Positions 1-9,331 of a stretch of DNA of 64,000 nucleotides are shown in pieces (position 1 is the first letter of the stretch; each line of letters begins with the position of its first letter). Source of the DNA: Gemmatimonadota bacterium (GTDB lineage Bacteria; Gemmatimonadota; Gemmatimonadetes; Gemmatimonadales; GWC2-71-9); assembly GCA_003222035.1 (NCBI GenBank), contig QHUS01000092.1, positions 8,202-72,201 of the forward strand, read 5' to 3'. The notes beneath the pieces were generated by a model, which was not told the origin of the DNA, did not search any database, and worked only from the letters and a program-made list of their open reading frames with translations. Made by a program: the position numbers and the translations under genes.

Positions 1-1
1 C

Positions 2-718
2 GCGGTCGACGACGCGCAGTGGATGGATGGGCAGCTGCTGGCGACCCTCCCGACGCTGGCGCGGGACGCCACGACGCGACCCATCCTGCTGCTCCTCGGC
101 GTCGCTCGGGGCTCGCCTGGTGGCGAGCGCCTCGACGCGTTGCGAGCCCGCGTGGGCCGAGACTTGGAGGGCGCTGTCGTGCGCCTGGAGCGGCTTGACG
201 GGAACGCGCTGCGGGCACTCGTCGATTGGGCGCTCCCTCACTACACCGCGTCTGACGCCGAGCGGATCGTGCGGCGGCTCGAAGCGGACACCGCCGGCAT
301 TCCGCTCCTGGCCGTCGCGATGCTCGAAGCCGTGGTCGCCGGGTTCGCGCCGTCGCCCGAGGCGGGAGCGTGGCCGTCACCCAAGCGCACCCTCGTCGAC
401 TCGCTCCCCGGAGACCTCCCACCGGCCATCATCGGGGTGATCTGCCAGCGGTTCCGCGACTTGCCGCAGCCCGCGCAGCAGGTCCTCGGCGCGGCGGCCG
501 CGCTCGCAGAGCGCTTAGGCGCGGATCGCCTGGCACGCGCCACCGCCTTGCCGCAAGGGGTAGTGGACGAAGCGCTCGATCGGCTCGAATGGGATCGCTG
601 GCTCGTGGCCGACGGGCGCGGCTACGTGTTCGTGGCGCCGATCGAGCGCGCCGTTCTCCTCCAGGAAATGGTCACCCCCGGACAAGCCCGTCGCTATCGC
701 ACCGCGGCTCCTGCTTGA
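2..718 (+). CDS. C-terminal part of AAA-ATPase domain protein (SARP/LuxR/MalT-type STAND-like regulator), 5'-truncated by window edge
   Basis: Frame open from position 2: AVDDAQWMD (Walker B of AAA_16-type), later TAGIPLLA (GxP motif) and LPQPAQQVLGAAAAL winged-helix segment. Confidence 0.75.
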   Translation, partial: AVDDAQWMDGQLLATLPTLARDATTRPILLLLGVARGSPGGERLDALRARVGRDLEGAVVRLERLDGNALRALVDWALPHYTASDAERIVRRLEADTAGIPLLAVAMLEAVVAGFAPSPEAGAWPSPKRTLVDSLPGDLPPAIIGVICQRFRDLPQPAQQVLGAAAALAERLGADRLARATALPQGVVDEALDRLEWDRWLVADGRGYVFVAPIERAVLLQEMVTPGQARRYRTAAPA

Positions 719-775
719 AACCGGCTTGAGACCGTGGACCGATCGTGCCTCCCGTTCCTCGCACTGGGAGACACG

Positions 776-1234
776 ATGCAATTCGGCCACCTCGGGATCG
801 CGCTCGCGATCGCTTCCCTCGACCCGCGCCCGGAGACGTACGCCATCGTCGGGGCGGCGCAATTCCTGCCGAACGCTGACTCACTCGTCATCCGCGCTGG
901 CTGGGCTCCGTCCGAGTTTCATGGGACCTGGAGCCACAGTCTCGCGTTCTGCGCCGCCGTCGGTGCTGTCGCGGCGGTCCTGTTCGGACCCTGGCTCGGC
1001 GCTCTCGCGTTCGCGAGCATCGCGGCGCACGTAATCGCCGACCTGCCGACGGACACGGGGATCCCCGTCCTCCTCCCGTTCAGCCGGCACCGCTTCACGC
1101 TCAATCTCTGGAAAAACACCGGGTATTGGGGACGGAGCATGTATTTCGGCTACTACCGCCAGCCGTGGCCGTGGATTCTCGAAGGGGCCGTGTTCGCGCT
1201 CGTGGCTTGGCGGTACGCGGGATTGCTCGCATGA
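776..1234 (+). CDS. Membrane metal-dependent hydrolase (YdjM/LexA-binding family)
   Basis: Motifs GH...LPNAD...HGTWSHSL...HVIAD...G in hydrophobic context; ATG 776 preceded by GGGAG. Confidence 0.75.
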   Translation: MQFGHLGIALAIASLDPRPETYAIVGAAQFLPNADSLVIRAGWAPSEFHGTWSHSLAFCAAVGAVAAVLFGPWLGALAFASIAAHVIADLPTDTGIPVLLPFSRHRFTLNLWKNTGYWGRSMYFGYYRQPWPWILEGAVFALVAWRYAGLLA

Positions 1235-1812
1235 AGCTGCTCGCGTTCCTCGTGGTCGCTATGGTGGTGCACGGCCCGCTGTCGCCGCTGTTGCCCACTG
1301 CCTTCGAGACCGCGCTGCTCTATTACGTGCGGTTCTACCCAGCCTGGCTGCTGGCGGTGGTCGGCACGCTGGGGGCGTCGCTCGCGGAAGCGCTCAACTA
1401 TCGGCTGGTGGATTGGGCCGTGGCGCTTCCGAAACTCGCGGCGCTGAAACAGCGCTCTGGGGTGCGTTGGACTGTCGGGGCGTTCTTGCGTGCCCCGTTC
1501 TGGACGACCGCGTTCGTGATCTTTTCCCCGATTCCCGACTCCGCGGTACGAATCCTCGCGCCGCTCGGCAGATATCCGCTCCACAAGTTTCTCGCGGCGG
1601 TGGCACTGGGCCGTTTCCCGCGCCTGCTAGTCATCGCCGGTCTCGGCGTGCTCGTCCCGATTCCGACGTGGCTGCTGCTCGGCGTCGGAGCGGGTCTCGT
1701 GGCGCTCACCGTGGGGCGAAGCGATGTGGCCGCGGCGCTCGCGTGGCTGTGGCGGCGCTACGGAGACCTCTACCGGCCACTCAACGGGCGTGCCGCTCGT
1801 CGAACGGACTGA
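1231..1812 (+). CDS. DedA/VTT (SNARE-associated) membrane protein, putative lipid scramblase
   Basis: GTLGASLAEALNYRL...FSPIPD...KFLAAVALGRFPR pattern; ATGA overlap with upstream gene. Confidence 0.75.
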   Translation: MKLLAFLVVAMVVHGPLSPLLPTAFETALLYYVRFYPAWLLAVVGTLGASLAEALNYRLVDWAVALPKLAALKQRSGVRWTVGAFLRAPFWTTAFVIFSPIPDSAVRILAPLGRYPLHKFLAAVALGRFPRLLVIAGLGVLVPIPTWLLLGVGAGLVALTVGRSDVAAALAWLWRRYGDLYRPLNGRAARRTD

Positions 1813-1815
1813 ACT

Positions 1816-2676
1816 ATGTGGCTACTCGGGCTCGTGCTCCTGGCGGATACGATTCGGACCTTCACGCTCCCGCTTTCGGCGGCCGAGTCGCTCACGGTCA
1901 CGGTGGCGGGCGATGGCGATCCTGTGGTGCTGGTGCCGGGCTTGATCGGCTCGGCTTTCGGGTACCGTCGGCTCGTACCGCTCCTGACTCAGGCCGGGTA
2001 CCGCGTCATCGTGGTGGAGCCACTCGGCATCGGCACGTCGGCGCGCCCCGAGCACGCTGACTACTCCCTTACGGCCCAGGCCGACCGCATCGCCGCCGCG
2101 CTCGACCGGCTCGCCGTGCGGGGCGCGATCGTCATCGCCCACTCACTCGGCGCGTCGATGGCGTACCGCATGGCCTACCGGCGCCCGGACCTCGTCGTCG
2201 GGATCGTCTCGATCGACGGGGGTCCCGCCGAGCGAGCTGCCACGCCCGCGTTTCGCCGCGCGATGGCGTTCGCGCCATGGATCAAGCTGTTCGGCGGCGT
2301 CAGCCGCGTGCGCAGGAAGGTCCGGGCGCAGCTGATCAAGGAGTCTGGAGACACGACCTGGGTGAGCGACGCGGTAGTGGATGGCTACACCCAGGGGGCG
2401 GCCCGGGATTTGGACGCGACGCTCAAGGCGTTCGTCACAATGGCTGAGCGACGTGAGCCGGAGCGGTTGCGTCCCCATCTCTCGGAGTTACGGTGTCCTG
2501 TCCGGCTCCTGGTCGGGACCGCGCCGCATGACGGAGGGATCAGCCAAAGAGAGGTAGGCGTCCTCGCGGAAGCGCTCCCAGCGTTCACGGTTGACAGCAT
2601 TCCAGGGGTGGGGCACTTCATCCAGGAGGAGCGGCCGGAGGCGATTGTGGCAGCGGTGGCGCGGGTCCGCTCGTGA
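1816..2676 (+). CDS. Alpha/beta fold hydrolase, probably exported
   Basis: VVLVPG oxyanion region, AHSLG nucleophile elbow, C-terminal GHFIQEERP; short hydrophobic N-terminus. Confidence 0.85.
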   Translation: MWLLGLVLLADTIRTFTLPLSAAESLTVTVAGDGDPVVLVPGLIGSAFGYRRLVPLLTQAGYRVIVVEPLGIGTSARPEHADYSLTAQADRIAAALDRLAVRGAIVIAHSLGASMAYRMAYRRPDLVVGIVSIDGGPAERAATPAFRRAMAFAPWIKLFGGVSRVRRKVRAQLIKESGDTTWVSDAVVDGYTQGAARDLDATLKAFVTMAERREPERLRPHLSELRCPVRLLVGTAPHDGGISQREVGVLAEALPAFTVDSIPGVGHFIQEERPEAIVAAVARVRS

Positions 2677-2726
2677 AAGCGGGTCCGTTGCCCGGCGCGC
2701 CGTCTCGTGATTACAATTCCCGCGCT

Positions 2727-3833
2727 ATGACTCGACACCTCTTCCTCGGACTATTCGTCCTCCTGTCAGCCGGCGACCGATCGGCGCCGCTCGAAGCTCC
2801 CGGTCCTCGCATCTTCCTGGACGACGCGAACGGCACGCTCGTCCTCGACCTTGCGCCCATGGACCTGCCCGCGCGAACGCCGCATCACGCGATCGCACAA
2901 CCTCCGGTGGCAACACTCGAGATTCCCGAGTCGGGATCCATTTATGGCTTCCGGGTTCAGGTGGTGGACAGCGCCGGGCACGCACTCCCCGACGAACTGA
3001 TCCATCATTTCAATCTCATCGACCCGGACCACCGCGAGCTGTTTCTCCCGATCTCGCGGCGCCTCCTGGCCGCGGGACACGAGACTGGAGCGATCCAGCT
3101 GCCACGTCTGCTGTTCGGGCTGCCGCTCAAGCAGGGCGAGCACGTCGTCGCGAGCGCGATGGTCGAGAACATGACCCCGACGGCCTATCGGCAGGCGCGG
3201 GTGCGTCTCGTCATGCGCTTCACGCCCGCGCGGCGTCCGTGGCCGCTGTTTTCCGCCTCGCCGTGGCAGATGGATGTCGCGTTTCCGGTCGGCGACAAGT
3301 CGTTCGCGCTTCCCCCCGGGCGGTCTTCGCGCTCGTACGAGGGCAGCCCGGCGGTGCCCGGAAAGATCGTCGGCCTGGGCGGGCACATGCACGACTACGG
3401 GCGCGTGATCGAATTCACCGACGTGACGTCGGGTGCAGTTATCTACCGTGCCTCCCCGGTCGCGGATGCGGCAGGCCAGATCGAATCGATTCCGGTCGCG
3501 AAGCTGTACGGCTGGACCCGGCTCGGCGTTCACATCGTGCCGGAGCACCGCTATCGCATCAGCGTGTCCTACGACAATCCCACCGGCGCGCCCATTCCAG
3601 ATGGAGGCATGGGGGTCGTTGGCGGGCTGTTCGTTCCCGATCACGGAGTCACCTGGCCGGCTGCGGACCCCCGCGATTCCCTCTATCAAGCGGATTACCG
3701 ACACTACATGCGGCTCGAGGGGGACGGGCACGGGCACGACATGATGCGGATGGCGGACAAGTCGATGGCGAGGGGGGGCGCGATGCCCATGAAGATGGGC
3801 GCCCACGAGCGCGCCGCGCACGACCGCCACTAG
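2727..3833 (+). CDS. Secreted copper type II (PHM/DBH-like) monooxygenase-like protein with His/Met-rich tail
   Basis: Signal peptide; IHHF (CuH-like), GGHMHDYG and later GMG (CuM-like HxH plus Met); YDNPTG; tail GHGHDMMRM...MPMKMGAH..H..H. Confidence 0.55.
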   Translation: MTRHLFLGLFVLLSAGDRSAPLEAPGPRIFLDDANGTLVLDLAPMDLPARTPHHAIAQPPVATLEIPESGSIYGFRVQVVDSAGHALPDELIHHFNLIDPDHRELFLPISRRLLAAGHETGAIQLPRLLFGLPLKQGEHVVASAMVENMTPTAYRQARVRLVMRFTPARRPWPLFSASPWQMDVAFPVGDKSFALPPGRSSRSYEGSPAVPGKIVGLGGHMHDYGRVIEFTDVTSGAVIYRASPVADAAGQIESIPVAKLYGWTRLGVHIVPEHRYRISVSYDNPTGAPIPDGGMGVVGGLFVPDHGVTWPAADPRDSLYQADYRHYMRLEGDGHGHDMMRMADKSMARGGAMPMKMGAHERAAHDRH

Positions 3834-3852
3834 GCAGCCTCCCGCCGACGTC

Positions 3853-4509
3853 GTGCTGTTCGACTTCGGCGGGACGCTCGACGCGGATGGCGTTCACTGG
3901 AGTCCTCGGTTCCACGCCGCCTATCGTGCCGTGGGCGGTGGCCTGGATTTCGCGGCGTTCGAGACCTTCTTCAAGGCCTCCGACACGGCTGTCGCGCGGT
4001 TGCCCGACATTCGAGCGCTCGGATTCCGCGCCGCGATCGACGCGCAAGCCCGTTTGCTGGCCGGATTCCTGCCCGACCGTGTGGACCCCGGGGTGATCGC
4101 GCAGCGGTTGCACGCGGATGCGCTCGCGATCGTGACACGCAACACTCCCGTGCTGGAGCGACTCGCCCGGCGCTACAAGCTCGGAGTCGTGTCCAACTTC
4201 ACCGGCAACCTGCAGCCGTGTTTGCAGGAGCTCGGATTGGCGAGATTCTTCAGCGTGATGAGCGACTCGGCCCTGGTGGGGTGGAGCAAACCCGACGCGC
4301 GTATCTTCACACACACCCTGGACGCGCTGGGCGTGTCGCCACAGCGCACGTGGATGGTGGGCGACAACTTCGAAGCGGACGTCCGCGCCGCCGCGGCGCT
4401 GGGGATGCGGACGTGCTGGCTCGCGCCGCCCGACCGCAGCCCGCCGGGGGGCCTCGTCCCCACGGCCCGGATCGCGCGCCTCCCGGACGTCGAACAGGTG
4501 CTGGACTGA
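3853..4509 (+). CDS. HAD-superfamily hydrolase (phosphatase)
   Basis: FDFGGTLD motif I variant, VVSNF, KPDARIF, MVGDNFEAD. Confidence 0.88.
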   Translation: MLFDFGGTLDADGVHWSPRFHAAYRAVGGGLDFAAFETFFKASDTAVARLPDIRALGFRAAIDAQARLLAGFLPDRVDPGVIAQRLHADALAIVTRNTPVLERLARRYKLGVVSNFTGNLQPCLQELGLARFFSVMSDSALVGWSKPDARIFTHTLDALGVSPQRTWMVGDNFEADVRAAAALGMRTCWLAPPDRSPPGGLVPTARIARLPDVEQVLD

Positions 4510-4510
4510 C

Positions 4511-5242
4511 GTGCACGGGCTGATCCTCGCCGGGGGAGAGGGGTCGCGGCTTGCTGCCGGGGGCGTTCGGGTGCCGAAGCCTCTCGTGGAGGTAGCCGGC
4601 CGCCCCCAGATCGTGCGGTTGCTCGAGACCTTCGCCTCCCTAGGCTGCCCCAGTCTGACCTGTGCTGTGCGGGCCGATTTCCCCGCGGTGGTACGCCTCC
4701 TTGCCGAAGCGCGGTTCGGACCGCCTCTTTCGGTGGTGGAGTGCCGGACGCCGTCGTCGCTGCATACGCTGGTCGAAGGGCTTCGGGCGGTACCGGCGGG
4801 TCCGGTCTTCTGCAGCATGGTGGACACCGCCATGCGAGGGGAGGACTGGGTCGCGCTGTACCAGGGGACGGCCCGGCATCTGGAGGAGGGCGTGGACATG
4901 GTGCTCGCTGTGACCCCCTACATCGATGATGAGTCTCCTGTGTACGTTACCCGGACCAAGCGGGGAGGAGGGGGGAGGGAAGGGGTGGCGGTCCAGGCGG
5001 TGAGCGACCAGCCGGTCGACCCGCCCTGCGTCACCGGCGGGGTCTACGGCTTGAGTGCGGGGGCGCGCGGCGCCGCGGCGGACGCGGTCGCCGCCGGCGT
5101 GCGGAAGATGCGCGGCTTTCTGAAGGCCGTGTTGGCGGACGGCGGGCGCGTGGCGGCGGTGGAAGTACCGCGCATCATCGACATCGATCGACCATCGGAT
5201 CTCCAAACTGCCAACGCGTGGCTGGCCGCACGCGAAAGGTGA
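4511..5242 (+). CDS. NTP-transferase (sugar/polyol-phosphate nucleotidyltransferase, probable cytidylyltransferase)
   Basis: GLILAGGEGSRL...PKPLVEV signature; C-terminal IDIDRPSDL. Confidence 0.85.
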   Translation: MHGLILAGGEGSRLAAGGVRVPKPLVEVAGRPQIVRLLETFASLGCPSLTCAVRADFPAVVRLLAEARFGPPLSVVECRTPSSLHTLVEGLRAVPAGPVFCSMVDTAMRGEDWVALYQGTARHLEEGVDMVLAVTPYIDDESPVYVTRTKRGGGGREGVAVQAVSDQPVDPPCVTGGVYGLSAGARGAAADAVAAGVRKMRGFLKAVLADGGRVAAVEVPRIIDIDRPSDLQTANAWLAARER

Positions 5243-5245
5243 ACC

Positions 5246-6106
5246 TTGGCCCAACTCGTCGCGATCTATCGCAACCCGTCGTACTCTCCCCTGCAGCACC
5301 GCGTGAACGACACCGCCATCCTCGATGCGACGGTGGCGCGGCTCGAGGCCGAAGGCTGGCGCGCGATCAAGACCACCGAGTGGGAGGTCGAGCGCGGTCG
5401 AGTCCCCGGGGCGGAGCTGTATCTCAACATGTGCCAGGGCGCGCGCGCGGCAGAGCAGCTGCTGTCGCTCGAGTCGGATGGCGCGGTGATCGTGAACCGC
5501 CCGTCGAGCGCGCTGAATTGTCACCGGCGTCGCCTGGTCGAGCGGTTACGGGAGACCGGCCTCGCGTTTCCCCGCACTCTGATCCACGCGACCTCGGGGC
5601 CCGCGCCCTCGCCCGAGGAGCTCGAAGGCCTGCACGCCGATCAGGGGAAGGTCTGGCTCAAGCGGGGCGACGTGCACGCGGAGCGCCCCGAAGATGTGAT
5701 CGCGACGTCGCTCGAGCGCGTGGCAGACGCGCTGCAGGCGTTCCGCCAGCGCGGCATCCCCTGGGTGGCGCTGCAGGAGCACATTCCCGGCCCGGTGGTG
5801 AAGTTCTACGGCGTGGCGGAAGGGCGATTCTTTAACTGGTACGGGGCGGACGCGGGCTTCGCGGGCGAGCGGCCACGGGTGGACGAGCGGCGGCTCAAGG
5901 CGCTCGCTCTCGATGCGGCGGCGAGCATCGGGCTCGAAGTGTTCGGCGGCGACGTGGCCTTCCCCGAGCCCGACCGTCCCGTCCTGATCGATATCAACGA
6001 CTGGCCGAGCTTCGCGCCGTTCCGCGAGGACGCGGCGCGGGCCATTGCGGCCTATCTCATCCAACGATTCGCCATCGGTGACGTGCGTGACGCATACGTT
6101 GCGTAG
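5246..6106 (+). CDS. ATP-grasp fold protein (RimK/ITPK1-like)
   Basis: WLKRGD, LQEHIPG..VKFYGV, GLEVFGGD, LIDINDWPSF metal-binding segment. Confidence 0.75.
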   Translation: MAQLVAIYRNPSYSPLQHRVNDTAILDATVARLEAEGWRAIKTTEWEVERGRVPGAELYLNMCQGARAAEQLLSLESDGAVIVNRPSSALNCHRRRLVERLRETGLAFPRTLIHATSGPAPSPEELEGLHADQGKVWLKRGDVHAERPEDVIATSLERVADALQAFRQRGIPWVALQEHIPGPVVKFYGVAEGRFFNWYGADAGFAGERPRVDERRLKALALDAAASIGLEVFGGDVAFPEPDRPVLIDINDWPSFAPFREDAARAIAAYLIQRFAIGDVRDAYVA

Positions 6107-7421
6107 GCTCCAGGTCCCCGGGCCGAAGTCGAAGGCCCTGTTCGACGCCGAGGCGCTGTATTTGGCCCCTGGCACTCAGAGCGTGGCGCTCTTCAGCCAG
6201 CTCTCGATCGATCACGGGGACGGTGCGGTGCTGTACGACGTGGACGGCAACCGCTACGTGGATCTGCTCGCGGGAGTCGGGGTCGCCAGCATCGGGTACG
6301 CCCATCCGAAGTACGTCGCGGCCATGCAGCGACAGATCGCGCGGGTTCACGTGGGGAGCTTCACGACGGAGCATCGCGCCGCGCTCGTGAAGCTGATCGC
6401 CGAGCTCACCCCCGGCGACTTGAATCGCACGCAATTCTATTCGAGCGGTGCCGAAGCCATCGAGGCGGCGCTGCGACTCGCAAAGTCGCGCACCGGCCAC
6501 ACGGAGGTCGTGGGCTTCTGGGGCGGGTTCCATGGCAAAACCGGCGGCGTGCTTCCCGTGCTCGGCTCGAGCTTCAAGCACGCGCTCGGGCCCCTCATGC
6601 CGGGCGCGTACCTGTCGCCCTACGCCTCGTGCGCCCGCTGCGCCTTCGGGAAGACCTTCCCGTCGTGCGAGTGGCACTGCGTCGACTTCCTCCGCAAGAA
6701 AATCGAGCTGGAAACCACGAAGGACGTCGCCGCGATCATCGTCGAGCCGATCCAGGGCACCGCCGGTAACGTGGTGCCGCCGCCGGGCTACCTGAAGCTG
6801 CTACGCGAGCTCGCCGACAGCTTGGGCGCCCTCCTGATCTGCGACGAGATGATCACCGGGTTCGGGCGTACCGGGAAGATGTTCGCGATCGAGCACGAGA
6901 GCGTGCTGCCGGACATTCTGACGGTCGGCAAGGGGTTCGGCGGTGGGTTCCCGATGAGCGGCGTGATCGCGCGCGAAGAGATCGCCTTCTCGCAGCCGTG
7001 GGCGAACGCGAGCGGCAGCTCGTCGTCGTACGGCGGCAATCCCCTCGCCGCGGCGGCGGCGCGTGTCACCATCGAGACGATCATCGAGGATCAGCTGGTC
7101 GAGCACGCGCGGCAGCTGGGCGCGAAGATGCTGGCCGAGCTGAAGAGGTGGGAATCCGAGCTGCCCATCGTATCCGACGTGCGGGGTCGTGGACTGATGA
7201 TCGGGATGGACCTCGTCGTTCCGGGGACCCGCCGGCTGCTCGACAAAAAGACCACGCGCTGGATCTTCGACACGCTGCTGGCCCGCGGGGTGCTCGCCAT
7301 GATCTACAACCCCGAGGTGCGCATCAATCCGCCGCTGGTCATCGACGAAGATCAGGCGCTGGGCGCCCTGGCGACCATGAAGGATGTGCTGGGTGAAGCC
7401 GCCGAACGACTTGTCGGATAA
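6087..7421 (+). CDS. Class III PLP-dependent aminotransferase
   Basis: SSGAEAIEAA, GFHGKT, IIVEPIQG, DEMITGFGRTG, PDILTVGKGFGGG; likely GTG start at 6087. Confidence 0.92.
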   Translation: MTHTLRRLQVPGPKSKALFDAEALYLAPGTQSVALFSQLSIDHGDGAVLYDVDGNRYVDLLAGVGVASIGYAHPKYVAAMQRQIARVHVGSFTTEHRAALVKLIAELTPGDLNRTQFYSSGAEAIEAALRLAKSRTGHTEVVGFWGGFHGKTGGVLPVLGSSFKHALGPLMPGAYLSPYASCARCAFGKTFPSCEWHCVDFLRKKIELETTKDVAAIIVEPIQGTAGNVVPPPGYLKLLRELADSLGALLICDEMITGFGRTGKMFAIEHESVLPDILTVGKGFGGGFPMSGVIAREEIAFSQPWANASGSSSSYGGNPLAAAAARVTIETIIEDQLVEHARQLGAKMLAELKRWESELPIVSDVRGRGLMIGMDLVVPGTRRLLDKKTTRWIFDTLLARGVLAMIYNPEVRINPPLVIDEDQALGALATMKDVLGEAAERLVG

Positions 7422-8295
7422 GGGCCGAGCCGTCGAGGAGTGGGTCGACCTCCACTTCTTCCGGCCGATCGGTATCCGGATTGCGCGCGCGCTCCAGCCG
7501 ACCGGCATCTCCGCGGACCAGGTGACGCTGTGGTCGCTCGCGATCGGGCTCGTGGCCGGCCACTTGTTCGCGTACGGCGATCGCTGGACCAACCTGATCG
7601 GCTTCGGGTTGTTCATCGTCTCCGACATCTTCGACTCGGCCGACGGTCAACTGGCGCGGCTGCGCGGCACCTCGACGCGGTTCGGCCGCTTGCTCGACGG
7701 CATCAGCGACAATCTCCGCTTCGTGAACCTCTACTTCCATCTCATCTACCGTCTCATCCAGTCGGGGTACTGGTGGCCGGGCGCCGTGCTGCTCGTGGCG
7801 GCGGCGGGCCTCGCGCACAGCATCCAGAGCGCCGCCATCGACTTCGTGCGGAACGCGTTTCTCCACATCGGGATCGGTAAGCGCGGCGAGCTGGATCTCC
7901 CCGAGGACCTGCGGGCCACGCGGCCGGCCACGTTGCTGGCGCGATTCGGCGGCAGGGTGTATCGCGACTACGTGCAGCGGCAAGCGGAGCTGTTCCCGCG
8001 CTCGGTCAAGCTGATCCGCGACCTGCGCCGCTATCCGGTAACGGACGGGTTCCGCCAAGGGTACCGGTCGCGTCAGGAAGTCGTGCTGCCGCTGTGCGCG
8101 TGGCTCGGGCAGAACATCCGCTTCGCGGCGCTGGGCGCCGCGGCGCTCGTCGGGCATGTGTCCGCGTTCCTCTGGACCGAGGCCGTGTGGATGAGCCTCC
8201 TCCTCGTGGTGCTCATCTGGATCCATGAGTCGAACGCCACGGTGCTGGGAGACCTGTTCGACAGCGAGCGCCATGCCTACGCCCGCGTCACCTGA
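7411..8295 (+). CDS. CDP-alcohol phosphatidyltransferase (long type)
   Basis: DSADGQLARLRGTSTRFGRLLDGISD matches DxxDGxxAR...GxxxDxxxD. Confidence 0.9.
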   Translation: MSDKGRAVEEWVDLHFFRPIGIRIARALQPTGISADQVTLWSLAIGLVAGHLFAYGDRWTNLIGFGLFIVSDIFDSADGQLARLRGTSTRFGRLLDGISDNLRFVNLYFHLIYRLIQSGYWWPGAVLLVAAAGLAHSIQSAAIDFVRNAFLHIGIGKRGELDLPEDLRATRPATLLARFGGRVYRDYVQRQAELFPRSVKLIRDLRRYPVTDGFRQGYRSRQEVVLPLCAWLGQNIRFAALGAAALVGHVSAFLWTEAVWMSLLLVVLIWIHESNATVLGDLFDSERHAYARVT

Positions 8296-9331
8296 GCCGC
8301 GGCGCTACCGCGGGGCCCTCATCGGAGCGGGCGGGATCGCGCGGCAGTCGCATCTCCCCGCGCTCCGCGGCGCCCCGGCCCTGCAGCGCCGGGTGGAAGT
8401 GGTCGCGCTGGTAGACAGCGCCGCCGACGTGCCGCCGGTCGACACGCTTCCGCTGCTTGCGCGCCGCGAGCAGCTCGCGGACCTCGGGCCGCTGGATTTC
8501 ATCGACATCTGCACGCCGACCGCATCGCACCTGGACCTGACGCTCTGGGGGCTCGAGCGTGGCTACCATGTCGTGTGCGAGAAGCCCGTCGCGCTGACGC
8601 GCGTCGAAGCGGACCGGATCGGCGCCGCCGCCCGGGCCAACGGTCGCATCGTGATGCCGTGTCACCAGTACCGCCACAACCCGGTCTGGGTGAAGGTGAA
8701 GGAGTGGCTCGCCGCTGGCGCCATCGGCCACTGGCACCTGGCCGAATTCTCCGTCCACCGGCCGACCGCCGATCCGGGTCGCGCCGCCGGCGACCCCGGC
8801 TTGCCGTGGCGCGGCACGCGTGCGGCCGGGCGCGGCGGGGTGCTGCTCGACCACGGTACGCACCTCATCTATCAGCTGCTCGACATCGCCGGTCTGCCGT
8901 CCACGGTGAGCGCTTGGACCGGCCGCCTGCGCCACGCAGCATACGAAGTCGAGGACACGGCATCGCTGCGGTTCGAATACCCGGGGGGAGGGCGGCTCGT
9001 CACGATGTTCTTCACGTGGGCGGCGCGCTCCCGCGAGAACCGGATTCGCTTCGTCGGTGACGCGGGTGCGATCGAGTGGGCCGGGGGCGAGCTGCGGCTC
9101 GAACGCGCCGGCGTCGTGGAGCGATTCGACTATTCGGCCGAGCTCGAGAAGAGCGCCTACCACCGCTGGTTCACGGGCCTATTCGAGGGGTTTGTCGCGG
9201 CGCTGGACCACGGCGCCGCAGCGGCCGCGGCCCCATTCCTCGAGGACATCCGGCGGGTCGCCAGCGTGGTGGAGCACGCGTACACCGCCGCCCGCAGCGG
9301 GACCACGGTCGCGATCCCGGGGAGCGCGTGA
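8273..9331 (+). CDS. Gfo/Idh/MocA family NAD(P)-dependent oxidoreductase (inositol/sugar dehydrogenase-like)
   Basis: IGAGGIA Rossmann fold, CEKPVA, GGVLLDHGTH. Confidence 0.9.
   Translation: MPTPASPEPRRYRGALIGAGGIARQSHLPALRGAPALQRRVEVVALVDSAADVPPVDTLPLLARREQLADLGPLDFIDICTPTASHLDLTLWGLERGYHVVCEKPVALTRVEADRIGAAARANGRIVMPCHQYRHNPVWVKVKEWLAAGAIGHWHLAEFSVHRPTADPGRAAGDPGLPWRGTRAAGRGGVLLDHGTHLIYQLLDIAGLPSTVSAWTGRLRHAAYEVEDTASLRFEYPGGGRLVTMFFTWAARSRENRIRFVGDAGAIEWAGGELRLERAGVVERFDYSAELEKSAYHRWFTGLFEGFVAALDHGAAAAAAPFLEDIRRVASVVEHAYTAARSGTTVAIPGSA

Noticed and set aside
3853-9331. Aminoglycoside or other secreted secondary-metabolite cluster
   Set aside because: No glycosyltransferase, DOI synthase or resistance/export genes; CDP-alcohol transferases and a flippase point to a membrane lipid.
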